Positions 13,230-27,883 of a stretch of 64,000 nt of DNA are shown here, piece after piece (within the stretch, counting starts at the first letter, position 1; every line of letters begins with the position of its first letter). The stretch is from assembly GCA_964016885.1 (NCBI GenBank), contig OZ024756.1, forward strand, positions 38,688,001-38,752,000, written 5' to 3'. The notes under the pieces are model-generated. The model saw nothing but the letters and a program-made list of their open reading frames with translations. It had not been told where the DNA came from and did not search any database. Position numbers and translations under genes: made by a program. The DNA comes from Eledone cirrhosa. Its lineage: Eukaryota.

Positions 13230-14025
13230 AAGGGGACATTACAAAGACATGTTACATAACGTGTCATGCTACATAAGGGGCCATGTTAGATGAGGGGACA
13301 TGTTACATAAGATGACATGTTACATAATGTCATGTTACATAAGGTGACATGTTACATAATATCATGTCACATAATGTGACATGTTACATACGGTGACATG
13401 TTACACAAGGTGTCATGTTACATAATGTCACGGTACACAAAGTGGCATGTTACATAAGGTGATGTTACATAAGGGGACATGTTACCTAAGGTGTCGTGTT
13501 ACATATGTTGTTACATAAGGTGACATGTTACATAAGGTGTCATGTTACATGAGGAGGCATGTTACATAATATGTCATGTTACACAATGGGACATGTTACA
13601 TAATGTGTCACGTTACATAAGGTGTCATGTTACATAAGGGACATGGTGCATATGGTACATGTTACATAAGGTGACATGTTACATAAGGTGACATGTTACA
13701 TAAGCTGTCATGTTACATAAGGTGACATGTTACACAATGTGCCATGTTACATAAGAGGACATGTTACATAAGGGGCATGTTACATAAGGGACATGTTACA
13801 TAAGGGACATGTTACATAATGTGACATGTTACATATGGTACATGTTACATAAGGTGACATGTTACACAAGGGGACATGTCGCATAAGGTTTCATGTTACA
13901 CAAGGTGACATGTTACATAAGGGGACATTATAGAGACGTGTTACACAAGGGGACATTATAGAGGCATGTTGTATAAAGGGGTCATGACAGAGACATGTCA
14001 CATAAGGTGTCACCTAACATAAGGT
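13230..14025. repeat. Old ~17-bp minisatellite
   Basis: CATGTTACATAAGGTGA consensus, dozens of diverged units. Confidence 0.9.
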
Positions 14026-14087
14026 TTCCGGGTTTCCACTGAAATGAGGGAGAAAACATGACACTGATAAACAGTCCTATTTCATAA

Positions 14088-14337
14088 TAATAATTGTTTC
14101 TACTTTAGGCACAAGGCCAGCAAAACCCAGTACATTACTGGTACTTTATTTTATCGACCCCGTAAGGATGAAAGGCAAAGTTAACCTCGGCGGGATTTGA
14201 ACTCAGAACATAAAGGGCCGTAACTCTCTAATACTACTAATAATAATAATTGGTTCTATTCTTTTGCACAAGGCCAGCAATTACCCAGTGTATTACTGGT
14301 ACTTCATTTTATCGACCCTGTAAGGATGAAAGGCAAG
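14088..14337 (-). mobile_element. Two adjacent 5'-truncated SINE family A copies
   Basis: TTGTTTCTACTTTAGGCACAAGGCCAGCAA...TACTGGTACTTTATTTTATCGACCC twice; further partial copies at ~13010-13180 and ~15553-15800. Confidence 0.8.
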
Positions 14338-14879
14338 GAAGATAATACATGTTGATGTCTATCAATCTCATTTCTTTTATATATCTCTCTCTCTCTCTCA
14401 CTCTCTCTGTGTATATATGTATGTGTACACACATATATACACATGCACACACACACACATATACACATGCACACACACACATACACATGCACACACACAT
14501 TTACATATACACATGCACACACACACATATACATATACACATGCACATACACACATACACATGCACGCACACATTTACATATACACATGCACACACACAC
14601 ATATACACATGCACACACACACATATACTCGCAGACATAAATACAATGCGTAGTTGTGCATCAACATACGTTGCAGAAATTTGATGGAAACTGTGTGAGA
14701 GAGAGATAGAGAGATAGATAGAGAGAGAGAGAGCTAGAGAGATAGAGAGAGGGAGGTGGAGATGGGAGACATAGATAGAGAGAGGGATGGAGATGGAAAG
14801 AGATAGATAGAGAGAGGGAGGAAGTGATAGAGAGAGAGGGAGGGAGTGATAGATAGAGAGAGGGAGGAAGTGATAGAGA

Positions 14880-15405
14880 GGGAGGGAGTGATATATAGAG
14901 AGAGAGAGAGAGGGAGGAAGTGATATATATATAGAGAGAGAGAGGGAGGAAGTGATATATATATATAGAGAGAGAGAGGGAGGAAGTGATATATATATAT
15001 AGAGAGAGAGAGGGAGGAAGTGATATATATATAGAGAGAGAGAGGGAGGAAGTGATATATATATAGAGAGAGAGAGGGAGGAAGTGATATATATATAGAG
15101 AGAGAGAGGGAGGAAGTGATATATATATAGAGAGAGAGAGGGAGGAAGTGATATATATATAGAGAGAGAGAGGGAGGAAGTGATATATATATAGAGAGAG
15201 AGAGGGAGGAAGTGATATATATATAGAGAGAGAGAGGGAGGAAGTGATATATATATATATAGAGAGAGAGAGAGGGAGGAAGTGATATATAGAGAGAGGG
15301 AGGAAGTGATATATAGAGAGAGAGAGAGGGAGGAAGTGATAGAGAGAGAGAGAGGGAGGAAGTGATATATATAGAGAGAGAGGGAGAGGGAGGAAGTGAT
15401 AGAGA
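14880..15405. repeat. ~32-bp compound (GA)/(TA) minisatellite
   Basis: GAGGGAGGAAGTGA(TA)n(GA)n with period 32 in the centre. Confidence 0.9.
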
Positions 15406-15869
15406 GCGGGAGGAAGAGATAGAGAGAATCTGTGGTAAGAATTGAGTGTTGGAGAAAGAAAGAGTTTAGAAAGTGGAGCGAAGAAAGAAAAAGAAGGAGA
15501 AACGAGGAAAGAAATGGGAAGAAGCTAGAAAGATGACGGGGAAATTAGGGATAATAATAATTGTTTCTACTTTAGGCACAAGGCCAGCAATTTTGGGGAA
15601 GGGGAAAGTCGATAAAATCGACACCAGTGTATTACTGGTACTTTATTTGATCAACCCTGTAAAGTTGAAAGACTAAGCTAACTTCATTGGATCCACTGCA
15701 CTAATAATTGTTTCTACTTTAGGCACAAGGCCAGCAATTACCCCAGTGTATTACTGGTACTTTATTTTATTGACCCCATAAGGATGAAAGGCAAAGTTAA
15801 TAATTACATTAAAGAGGGGGAAAATATTGAAATAATATAATGATCTTGAAGTATAAACAAAATTAGTGC

Positions 15870-15999
15870 ATACATATGCATATATATATATATGTGTATG
15901 TATATATATATATATATGTATGTATATATATATATATGTATGTATATATATATATATGTATGTATATATATATATATGTATGTATATATATATATATGC

Positions 16000-16049
<50 letters not shown>

Positions 16050-16742
16050 ATATATATATATGTATGTATATATATATATATGTATGTATATATATATATA
16101 TGTATGTATATATATATGTATGTATATATATATATATGTATGTATATATATATATATGTATGTATATATATATGTATGTATATATATATATATGTATGTA
16201 TATATATATATATGTATGTATATATATATATATATGTATGTATATATATATATATGTATGTATATATATATATATGTATGTATATATATATATATGTATG
16301 TATATATATATATATGTATGTATATATATATATATGTATGTGTATATATATATATGTATGTATATATATATATATATATATGTATGTATATATATATATA
16401 TGTATGTATATATATATATATGTATGTGTATATATATATATGTATGTATATATATATATATATATGTATGTGTATATATATGTATGTATATATATATATA
16501 TATATGTATGTATATATATATGTATGTATATATATATATATATATGTATGTATATATATATATATGTATGTATATATATATATGTATGTATATATATATA
16601 TATGTATGTATATATATATATATGTATGTATATATATATATATATGTATGTATATATATATATATATGTATGTATATATATATATATGTATGTATATATA
16701 TATGTATGTATATATATATATATGTATATATATATATGTATG

Positions 16743-16773
<31 letters not shown>

Positions 16774-16830
16774 GTATGTACATATATATATATATGTATG
16801 TATATATATATATGTATGTATATATATATG

Positions 16831-16873
<43 letters not shown>

Positions 16874-16904
16874 ATATATATATATATGTATGTATGTATG
16901 TATG

Positions 16905-16935
<31 letters not shown>

Positions 16936-17378
16936 GTATATATGTATGTATATATATATATGTATGTATGTATGTATGTATATATATATATATATGTATG
17001 TATATATGTATGTATATATATATATATATGTATGTATATATATATATATGTATGTATGTATATATATATATATATATGTATGTATATATATATATATGTA
17101 TGTATATATATATATATGTATGTATATATATATATATGTATGTATGTATATATATATATATGTATGTATGTATATATATATATATGTATGTATATATATA
17201 TATATGTATGTATATATATATATATGTATGTATGTATATATATATATATATATATGTATGTATATATATATGTATGTATATATATATATGTATGTATATA
17301 TATATATATGTATGTATATATATATGTATGTATGTATGTATATATATATGTATGTATATATATATGTATGTATGTATG

Positions 17379-17409
<31 letters not shown>

Positions 17410-17638
17410 ATATATATGTATGTATGTATATATATATATATATATATGTATGTATATATATATGTATGTATGTATATATATATATATATATATGTATGTA
17501 TATATATATGTATGTATGTATATATATATGTATGTATGTATATATATATATATATATATGTATGTATATATATATGTATGTATGTATATATATATGTATG
17601 TATGTATATATATATATATGTATGTATGTATATATATG

Positions 17639-17670
<32 letters not shown>

Positions 17671-17910
17671 TGTATGTATGTATATATATATGTATGTATG
17701 TATATATATATGTATGTATGTATATATATATATATGTATGTATATATATATGTATGTATATATATATATATGTATGTATATATATATGTATGTATATATA
17801 TATATATGTATGTATATATATATGTATGTATGTATATATATGTATGTATGTATATATATATATATGTATGTATGTATATATATATATATATATATGTACG
17901 TATATATATA
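15870..17910. repeat. 2-kb (TA)n/(TATG)n compound microsatellite
   Basis: Direct reading. Confidence 0.97.
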
Positions 17911-18291
17911 TTACACTTTACCGTTTAAAAAAAAAAAAAAAAAGCACCGAAGTACACATCGAACAATATAATCCCTGAAATAAAAAAAATAAAAAATGGA
18001 TGGTCAAAGCTGGAATGCATTTGCTGAATCAGGTTTGAACTTGGGACTAAACAAATATGTATGTATATATATATATATATATATATATAGTATTAAGGAT
18101 ACTAGTTATGGTTATGTATATAATAAAACCTTTTATGGTTATATATATTTTAAACTCTAAATATTGAAAGACAGTAATTCATTACTATCTTATTACCAGT
18201 AAGATAAATAGCTCAATGTAATAACATCAGTTGTTTTACAGAGCAGTTATATAGAAATTACATGAATCAAAGTTCAGTTTAAATCATTTAT

Positions 18292-18340
18292 TTGCTTACA
18301 ATTGTTTCCTCCAAACCGAGGTTTGGATTCTTCGGAGCAA
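18292..18340 (-). ncRNA. Mirror copy of the same hammerhead motif on the opposite strand
   Basis: Exact reverse complement of 18613-18661. Confidence 0.7.
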
Positions 18341-18612
18341 CTATTTAGTGATTTTTTTACATACTTGACCCCCTTTTCAACACAAGAGACATATAAAAAC
18401 AATGTTTTATTTTTATTTTTATTTTTATTTTTATTTTTATTTTTATTTTAACTTTAATTTTGTCCTTTAATATGAATGTAACCTTTGTATGTAAATTGCC
18501 ATGCTATATTATTATGATGGATGTCAACCCACTGTGGGTCAATATATACATATGTTTCTATATGTCTCTTGTGTTGATAAGGAGGTCAAATATGTAAAAA
18601 ATCACTAAATAG

Positions 18613-18661
18613 TTGCTCCGAAGAATCCAAACCTCGGTTTGGAGGAAACAATTGTAAGCAA
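18613..18661 (+). ncRNA. Type I minimal hammerhead ribozyme (CCGAAGA core variant)
   Basis: UUGCU-CCGAAGA-A UCCAAAC cucg GUUUGGA G-GAAA-CAAUUG-UA|AGCAA. 5-bp stem I, 7-bp stem II, palindromic stem III, GUA triplet (cut after 18656), followed by AATAAA. Confidence 0.7.
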
Positions 18662-18700
18662 ATAAATGATTTAAACTGAACTTTGATTCATGTAATTTCT

Positions 18701-19469
18701 ATATATATATATATGTATGTATGTATATATATGTATGTATGTATATATATATATGTATGTATGTATATATATGTATGTATGTATATATGTATGTATGTAT
18801 GTATATATATATGTATGTATATATATATATATGTATGTATATATATATATATGTATGTATATATATATATATGTATGTATGTATATATATATATGTGTGT
18901 GTATGTATGTATATATATATGTGTGTATGTATGTATATATATATATATGTATGTATATATATATATATGTATGTATATATATATATATGTGTATGTATGT
19001 ATATATATATATATGTATGTATATATATATATATATGTATGTATATATATATATATATGTATGTATGTATATATATATATATGTATGTATGTATATATAT
19101 ATATATGTATGTATGTATATATATATATATGTATGTATGTATATATATATATATGTATGTATGTATATATATATATATGTATGTATGTATATATATATAT
19201 ATGTGTGTATGTATGTATATATATATATATGTATGTATGTATATATATATATATGTGTGTATGTATGTATATATATATATATGTATGTATGTATATATAT
19301 ATATATGTGCATATATATATATATATATGTATGTATGTATATATATATATATATATGCATATATATATATATATATGTATGTATGTATATATATATATAT
19401 ATATGCATATATATATATATATATGTATGTATGTATATATGCATATATATATATATATATGTATGTATG

Positions 19470-19502
<33 letters not shown>

Positions 19503-19561
19503 GTGTATATATATATATATGTGTGCATATATATATGTATGTATATATATATATATATATA

Positions 19562-19614
<53 letters not shown>

Positions 19615-19955
19615 ATATATGTGCATATATATGTGCATATATATATATGTATGTATGTATATATATATATATATATGTACATATATATATATATATGTAT
19701 GTATATATATATATATGTATGTATATATATATATGTATGTATATATATATATATATGAATGTATATATATATGAATGTATATATGTATGTATATATATAT
19801 ATATGAATGTATATATGTATGTATATATATATATATGTATGTATATATATATATATATATATATATGAATGTATATATATATATGTATGTATATATATAT
19901 ATATGTACGTATATATATATATATATGCATATATATCTCTATATATATATATATA
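18701..19955. repeat. 1.25-kb (TA)n/(TATG)n compound microsatellite
   Basis: Direct reading. Confidence 0.97.
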
Positions 19956-20526
19956 TCATCATCATCATCATCATCGTTTAACGTCTGTCATATATGTATG
20001 TATATATATATGTATATGTATATATACATATGTAATGAGACTAATTAATTCTGCACCTTATAATCATTACTGCTTCTGCTGTTGTTGATGGTGTTGGTGG
20101 TGGTAGTAGTGGTGAGAGTGGTGGTGATAGTGGTGGTAGTGGGGATGATGGTGATGGTGGTGGGGATGGTGATGACAGTGGTGGTGACAGTGGTGGTGGT
20201 GGTGGTGGTGGGGATGACTGGTGATGGTGGTGGGGATGGTGATGACAGTGGTGTTAGTGGTGGTGGTGGTGGTGGTGGTGTTGGTGATGACAGTAGTGTT
20301 AGAGGTGGTGGTGGTGTTGGTGATGACAGTAGTGGTGGTGGTGGTGGTGGTGGTGGAGGTGGAGGAGCTGGTCTCAATGTCACCAGACTTGGTCTACTAA
20401 CGGCAGCAGAGGAAAGGTTGCACAAATACTCAAAGAAATGCAAAAAAAAAAAAAAAAAAATAACCACACCATTGATGTTGATGTCACCGCAACTGTTACT
20501 AGCATCATCATCATCCTCTTCACCAT

Positions 20527-20558
<32 letters not shown>

Positions 20559-21086
20559 CACCACATCATCATCATCATCATCATCATCCTCACCACACCA
20601 CCATCATCCTCACCACACCACCACCACCACCATCAACACTGCCATCCTCACCACACCACCATCCTCCTCACCTCACCACACCACCATCCTCTTCACCTCA
20701 CCACCATCACCACCATCCTCCTCACCATCATCACCACCACCACAACACCATCACCACCACCATCATCAACACTGCCACCATCATCAACACTGCCACCATC
20801 ACCACCACCACCACACCATCACCACCACCATTATCAACACTGCCATCCTCACCACACCATCATCACCATTACCATCATCACCACCACCACCATCCTCACT
20901 ACACCACCACCACATCATCATCATCATTATAATCATGGTACAACTAATCACAATATATTATCTAAATATAATGTGTATCATGTGATTTCTGATATCGGTG
21001 TGTGTCCCTGGCCAGAGATATCTACTCACAGACGCATTTATATATATATATATATACACCATATGCATACACACATGCACGTATAC

Positions 21087-21123
<37 letters not shown>

Positions 21124-21264
21124 ACGCATATATATATGAAACAAACACTGGAATGCAAAAATACAAAGTCATATTAGGTTTGCGCTTGGTGGAAGTGTAT
21201 ATAAATAAATATATATATATTATATATATATTATATATATAAGGAAAAAAGATGAAATCGAAAA

Positions 21265-21378
21265 TGCAAGCAAGGGTTGGGCAGGTCCTATTCAGCATCT
21301 CTCCACTTGTCACGGTCCTTCGTCATCTCCTCGGTGAGTTACAGCGCTCTGTGGTCTGCTCTCACCACCTCCGCCCAT
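21265..21378 (-). mobile_element. RTE LINE ORF2 extreme C-terminal fragment
   Basis: Minus strand reads WAEVVRADHRAL*LTEEMTKDRDKWRDA, homologous to the end of the 42699 ORF. Confidence 0.65.
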
Positions 21379-22516
21379 GTTTATATATATATGATGTGCA
21401 CATACCCAGAGGGAGGCTATGATTTGGTGCTTAATTTTTTAAGAGAATTTATTAATGAAATAGTTATATACATGATATTACTGAGCAGAGATGCCTTTAG
21501 GGGGAGGGCCCAATTACACTAGCATGGGGACCCCTTTAGGTGGTGAAGGGCCAACTCTTTGACTGAAAACTGCAGGGCAGTGTCTCTCTCGTTCGAAATA
21601 TGGTAACGAAAGGTTTAAACAGAGTTAATGGGAAGAAAATCCATTAAACTGTTTTGAGAAAAAGATGTAAAGAAAAAGAATGAAAAAAAAAAAAGTCCCA
21701 AAGAATAGAATTAAAACTACATTTAAAGGAAACCAAATTGTTAGGTTGTTTGTATTTCTTAAGAATCCAGTCAGAATTTTTAATAATGTCTTGAAAGTTT
21801 GTTTTTGACCGGAAATTATTTGATTATGATCAAATAATTTTCTATAGTGCGATGTCTCCTTCTGCTCTTTACCATTACTCTCTTCCTTCCTCTCTCTCTC
21901 TGTCTCTCTCTCTCTCTCACACACACACCATTTTTTCATTCTCCTTCACTATTACCTGATTTCTCACCCCCCCCCTCTCTCCCTTCCTAGTGAACTAATA
22001 ATTTTCATGCAAGTGTTGTACTCTTCCTTTTGTATTCTTCCCCCCTCTTCCCCCCTCTTCCCCCTCTTCCCCCCTCTTCCCTCCCGAATTGAACCAATAA
22101 ACCCAGCTGATATAAGATCTATTTCTAGACAGAACTATTATATCCAAGCTATGTTAGCTGGTGAAGGTTTAGGGGCCCAGTGGTTAGGGTGTTGGATTCA
22201 CGATCTTATGGTTGTAGATTCAATTCCTGCACCAAACGGTGCATTATGTTCTTGAGCAAAACTTTCCATTTCACATTGCTTTTCATAAAAGAACTGGGGC
22301 CCCTATCATTAAGTTATGGGATTCAACATTATAGATCAACTAAACCTACATAGATGTGTGCTATAACATGATAGAGCTTGGGCCCTTATTAAAATCTTCT
22401 TCTTTGCCCACTTATTCCTGAGAGGGTCGCAGGAGCAAAGTCCTTAAACACTCCTTCAAGCGAGTCCTGTCAAAAGCAACCATCTCCAACTGATCCTGCT
22501 GGGTCACTATAATTAA

Positions 22517-22722
22517 CCCTTTAGCATTTAAACCGGCCATATCCGGCCAGAATTCTCTCACCTCTTTCTGTTTAAACTAGCTGTAACCGGCTACTCATAC
22601 TGATGTTAAGATATTGTTCTTAAAATAAATAATATCAAAATCTTGTAGATTCGATATTATGAGATGAAATGTTTACTGTGAAAATACAATTGTAAATATA
22701 GAGTAATGTAAATGCTAAAGGG
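22517..22722 (+). mobile_element. piggyBac-type MITE (~206-220 bp family), intact copy
   Basis: TIRs CCCTTTAGCATTTA / TAAATGCTAAAGGG flanked by TTAA on both sides; non-coding interior shared with several other copies in the window. Confidence 0.9.
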
Positions 22723-23522
22723 TTAAAATATCCAAGAAAATTCCTGTGAAACGCTAATGCTACCTCATAGCAGGTCAGCTAAACCTACTCAAGTGTGAGC
22801 TGTAACATGATAGAACAAGAAACCTATGGAATACAATCTGGTAGAAGTTAGCTAAACTGAGAAAGGTGTAAGCTTAATGACATGATTGATAGAACTGTGC
22901 TTATATCTAGTTCTCCTACAATGTGGTTCACATGCAAAGATCTGGGGCGAAAAAGAAAGACCCCCCCCCCCCAGTTAGGTTTACTTCCAGGAAGAGCATC
23001 AGACCATAGAAAACTATCTCACCCAACCCATGGTAACATAGAAAAATGAATGTAAAAAGGATAATAGAAAACCATGCTCACACATAGATATATACACACA
23101 CATATATATATACACAATGATAGGAAACTTTACTCATACACACTTAATAAACACACATATATACATACACAATGATAGAAAACTTTACTAATACACACAC
23201 TTAATAAATATATATATATACATACAATGATAGAAACCCTTGCTCACACACATAAACACATGCACACACACACACATTCAGACAGAAATTTTTGTATATA
23301 TATTTATGGTAGAATTCTTACATTTTTGTACAAAAAGTTACATTTCTTAGAAGAAAAAAAATTATCCCTACATAATTTGTATACTTTCTTCTTCTTCTTC
23401 TTCTTCTTCTTCTTCTTCTTCTTTAATAAAATCATTATTTTTCATTTGTATAATACCCCTCCCCCACATATGTATGTGTATATATATATACACACACACA
23501 CATATGTGTGCATTGTATGTGT

Positions 23523-23576
<54 letters not shown>

Positions 23577-24679
23577 ATATGCATCCGTTCCCTCTGCTCT
23601 CTCTATAAAAAATGGTGGCCTGAAACCCAATAATATGCCCAGCCATATATTATATATAAATCAATCATTAGTTGGGCTCAGGTCCAAATATCTCCAACAA
23701 CCAGCAGATTTTATATAATTCACCCTCCTAAATAATACTTGGAAGAGCTGATCAAAGTCTTGTTAAAACATACACCCTCTTTCTCTCTCTCTCTATGTAT
23801 ATGTAGCTGTATATATATATATATATATGTGTGTATATGTGTGTGTATGTATGTGTTAGGCCTGATCAAAGTCTTGTTAAAACATACTCACTGCTTGTGT
23901 GTGTTTGAATGTATATATATATATATATATATGTGTGTGTACATATATATATGTATGTGTGTGTGTGTGTACATATATATATGTGTGTGTGTGTGTACAT
24001 ATATATATATGTGTGTGTATGCATTAGATCTGATCAGTCTTGTTACAGCATACTCCCTTTGTGTGTGTGTGTGTGTACATGTGCAGTATGTTTGTGTATG
24101 TGAGTTAAAACTGATCAAAGCCTTGAAACATACCTCCTCTGTGTGTGTGTGTGTGCATTTGTCTGCATATATGTATGCATGTATATATATATGCTTGTAT
24201 GTATGTGTGTGTGTGTCTGTGTTGGTGCATGTGTGTCTGTCTGTCTGTGCATATGTATGTGTGTGTGTGTGTGTGTGTCTGTGGGTGTGTTTGGTGTTGA
24301 GGAAGGTTATTGTGGTCACCTGCTTCAGAATTACCCCCACCTCCCCTCCACTCCAGCTCCCTTCATCTCTCACCCCACTCCAGTTCCTTGTTCCTCAACC
24401 CCGCATATTTCCACCTCCTCAAGTTCTTGTTATTTTTCCCCTTGCTGTAATCTTCACACATCTTCCTAACATTTCCCTCTGCCAACAAACTACATTAACC
24501 ACTGCAGACAATCTCAAATGTTTATATTTTTAATGTTATCTATGTTCTCTCTTTCTTTTAAACTCTTCTCATTCTCTAAGGATTTAGTGGAAAATATCTA
24601 AAAAAAACTAGTTTGTTAATTCAAATGTTTGTAGTATTGTTACTAGTGGACAGATCATTGTGAACATTTGAAGTATTAA

Positions 24680-25176
24680 CCCTTTAGCATTTTACATTAC
24701 TCTATATATATATATGTGTGTGTGTGTGACAACTCACACCTCTGCAGGTTTAGCTGGCCTCCTCCAAGGTATATCTCGTTGGAGGTGTCTTGGGTGATTT
24801 AATGATAGGGACCCCAGTCCTATCATCTCATTTCTACAGCTGAGTAAACTGGAGCAACGTGAAATAAAGTGTCTTGCTCAAGGAAACAACACATCACCCG
24901 GCCCGAGAATTGAACTCACAACCTTTCAATTGCAAGCCCAATGTTCTAACCACTAAGCCATGCACCTTCACACTCTATATATATACTATTATATTTTCAC
25001 AATAAAGGCTTTACCTCACATAATTATCTCACATAATATTAAATCTATGAGGTTTTGATATTATTTATTTCGAGAACAAAACCTTAACATTGGTATGACT
25101 GGATGGTTACAGTTCATTTGAACAGAAAGAAGTGAGAAAATTCTGGCCAGATGCAGCTGAGTTAAATGTTAAAGGA
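24680..25176 (-). mobile_element. piggyBac-type MITE with nested SINE
   Basis: TTAA-CCCTTTAGCATTT at the left end, ...AAATGTTAAAGGA-TTAA at the right; SINE inserted between duplicated ACTCTATATATATA (24699-24712, 24972-24985). Confidence 0.85.
24715..24971 (-). mobile_element. tRNA-derived SINE family B, alternative tail
   Basis: Same head and centre as 36537, but the tail is AAATCACCCAAGACACCTCCAACGAG...GCTAAACCTGCA...(CA)n; 14-bp target duplication. Confidence 0.85.
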
Positions 25177-25351
25177 TTAAAGAAAAGACTTTAATTTTTA
25201 ATGTGACGCTGTCTAGTGCTGTTTTATATTTTTCAATAATGTCAAGCTAATGTGGTTTCGTGTAATTTGTTAATTTAAATGTTTATAGTGTCTTTATTAG
25301 CTGACAGATGGTTGTGAAAATTTCCAATATTAGTATAAAGACGTAAATTTT

Positions 25352-25531
25352 TAATTGTTTCTACTTTTGGCACAAAGCCAGCAATTATCCCAGTGTATTA
25401 CTGGTACTTTATTTTATCAATAAGGATAAAAGGCAAAGTTAACCTCGGCAGGATTTGACCTCAGATCATAAAGGACCGTAACTCTATGTTGCAAAGCAAG
25501 GCGTCCGACCCTCTACCGATACTGCCAATCC
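25352..25531 (-). mobile_element. SINE family A copy
   Basis: Family body; flanked by duplicated TAGTATAAAGA(C/T)GTAAATTTTTAAT (~25331, ~25538). Confidence 0.85.
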
Positions 25532-25607
25532 AGCATCCTAGTATAAAGATGTAAATTTTTAATGTGATGCAATCATAGAGCAGTTTTGTTTATCCCAGAA
25601 TGTCTTG

Positions 25608-25990
25608 CTAATGTTGGGTCAATGGTGTTAATGTTGTTAATGTTGGGTCAATGGTGTTAATGTTGGGTCATTGGTGTTAATGTTGGGTCATTGGTGTTAA
25701 TGTTGGGTCAATGTTGTTAATGTTGGGTCATTGGTGTTAATGTTGGGTCATTGGTGTTAATGTTGGGTCATTGGTGTTAATGTTGGGTCATTGGTGTTAA
25801 TGTTGGGTCATTGGTGTTAATGTTGGGTCAATGTTGTTAATGTTGGGTCATTGGTGTTAATGTTGGGTCATTGGTGTTAATGTTGGGTCATTGGTGTTAA
25901 TGTTGGGTCAATGTTGTTAATGTTGGGTCATTGGTGTTAATGTTGGGTTGTGTTGTTAATGTTGGGTTGTGTAGTTAATGTTGGGTCAAC
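25608..25990. repeat. 20-bp minisatellite
   Basis: TGTTGGGTCATTGGTGTTAA about 17 times. Confidence 0.95.
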
Positions 25991-27852
25991 TGTTGCATTG
26001 ACTGTTGGCTCAAATGCTAGATCAATTTTTGGGTCAACTGTTGCATGAATTATTGTCAATGTGTAAACTGTTGGGTTAACTTTTGGAGGAGGGTCAACTG
26101 TTGGGGTAACAAGCAATTTGTTGTGATTGTCCCACCACATCTTAGAGACATAGATACATACAGGCATGGATACACACTTACATAAACATACATATACATG
26201 CATTTACATCAATGTATACATACACATAAACCCATATGTATAGAGACTGACATATAATATATATACACATACTGACATACACACACATACTGACATACAC
26301 ACACATACATACATACAGACAGACACATTCCTGATGAAGTTAGAGATCCAGGACCTCTATATACTGTGTTTACAAACATGTACATACATGTTGAGACTGT
26401 CAACACTAACCCCCCCCCCCCCCCCCCCCCCCACACACACACACCACTACCACCACCACCTCCACCACCACCACCAGCACCACTATCATCACTACCTCCA
26501 CCACCACCACTACCACCACTATCATCACTACCAGCACCACCACCACTACCGCTGCCAGTATTATCACTACCACCAACTACAACAATAATAGCACCTTCAA
26601 CACCCCCCACCCCCAGCACAACAGTAACCTCATCACCACCACCACAAGAACAACACCACCAGTCACCACCACAACACCACCACCACCACCACAACAACAC
26701 CAGTCACCACCACAACACCACCACCACCACCACAACAACACCACCACCAGTCACCACCACAACACCACCACCACAACAACACCAGTCACCACCACAACAC
26801 CACCACCACCACCACAACAACACCAGTCACCACCACACCACCACCACCACCACAACAACACCACCACCAACACCACCACCACAACAACACCAGTCACCAC
26901 CACCACCACCACACCACCACCAGTCAGTGCCACCACCACAACAACACCAGTCACCACCATGACAACACCACCACCACCACCACCACAACCACCACCACAA
27001 CAACAACAACACCACCACCACCACCACCACCACCACCACCATCACCACCACCACAACACCACCACCACCATCACCACAACACCACCACCACCACCACCAC
27101 ACCACCACCACCACCACCACCACCACCACCATCACGACGACCACCACCACACCACCACCAGTCAGTGCCACCACCACAACAACACCAGTCACCACCATGA
27201 CAACACCACCACCACCACAACCACCACCACAACAACAACAACACCACCACCACCACCACCACCACCACCACCACCATCACCACCACCACACCACCACCAC
27301 CATCACCACCACCTCAACACCACCACCACCACCACCACAACACCACCACCACCACCACCACACCACCACCACCACCACCACCACCACCACCACCACCATC
27401 ACGACGACCACCACCACCACCACCACCACAACACCACCACCAGTCACCACCATGACACCACCACCACCACCACTATCACCACCACCACCACACCACCACC
27501 ACCACCACCACAACATCACCACCACAACATCACCACCACAAGATGGCACACTGCCAAACTGTGCCTCTTTCTACAATTTCTTTCATCTTTTATTCTCTTC
27601 TGGATTAAAAAAATGAAACAAAATTCTTTTGATTTCTCATCTTCTTTCCTTTTATACCCCCTCCAACCCCCTTTGTCTTTTCTTTCTTTCTTTCTCTCTC
27701 TCTGTTTGTGTTTCTTTTCTTTCTCTTTGTCTGTTTGTGTCTCTTTTCTCTCTCTTTGTCCCTTTGCCTCTCTCTTTTCTCTCTCTCTTTTCTCTCTCTC
27801 TGTCTGTCTGTCTGTCACTTCTTTCTCTCTGTCTGTCTCTCTTCTCCCTTTG

Positions 27853-27883
<31 letters not shown>

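Larger units (their letters stand above)
18090..18705. mobile_element. Penelope-like/retrozyme-like inverted element in (TA)n
   Basis: ~155-bp inverted arms (18248-18404 / 18549-18705), each with a hammerhead motif; left arm extended by a ~160-bp unique tail; bounded by TA repeats. Confidence 0.6.

Noticed and set aside
15863-19930. Very long ORFs (up to 701 aa) rich in Y/I/M/C/V
   Set aside because: Translations of stop-free (TA)/(TATG) microsatellite, open in several frames and on both strands.
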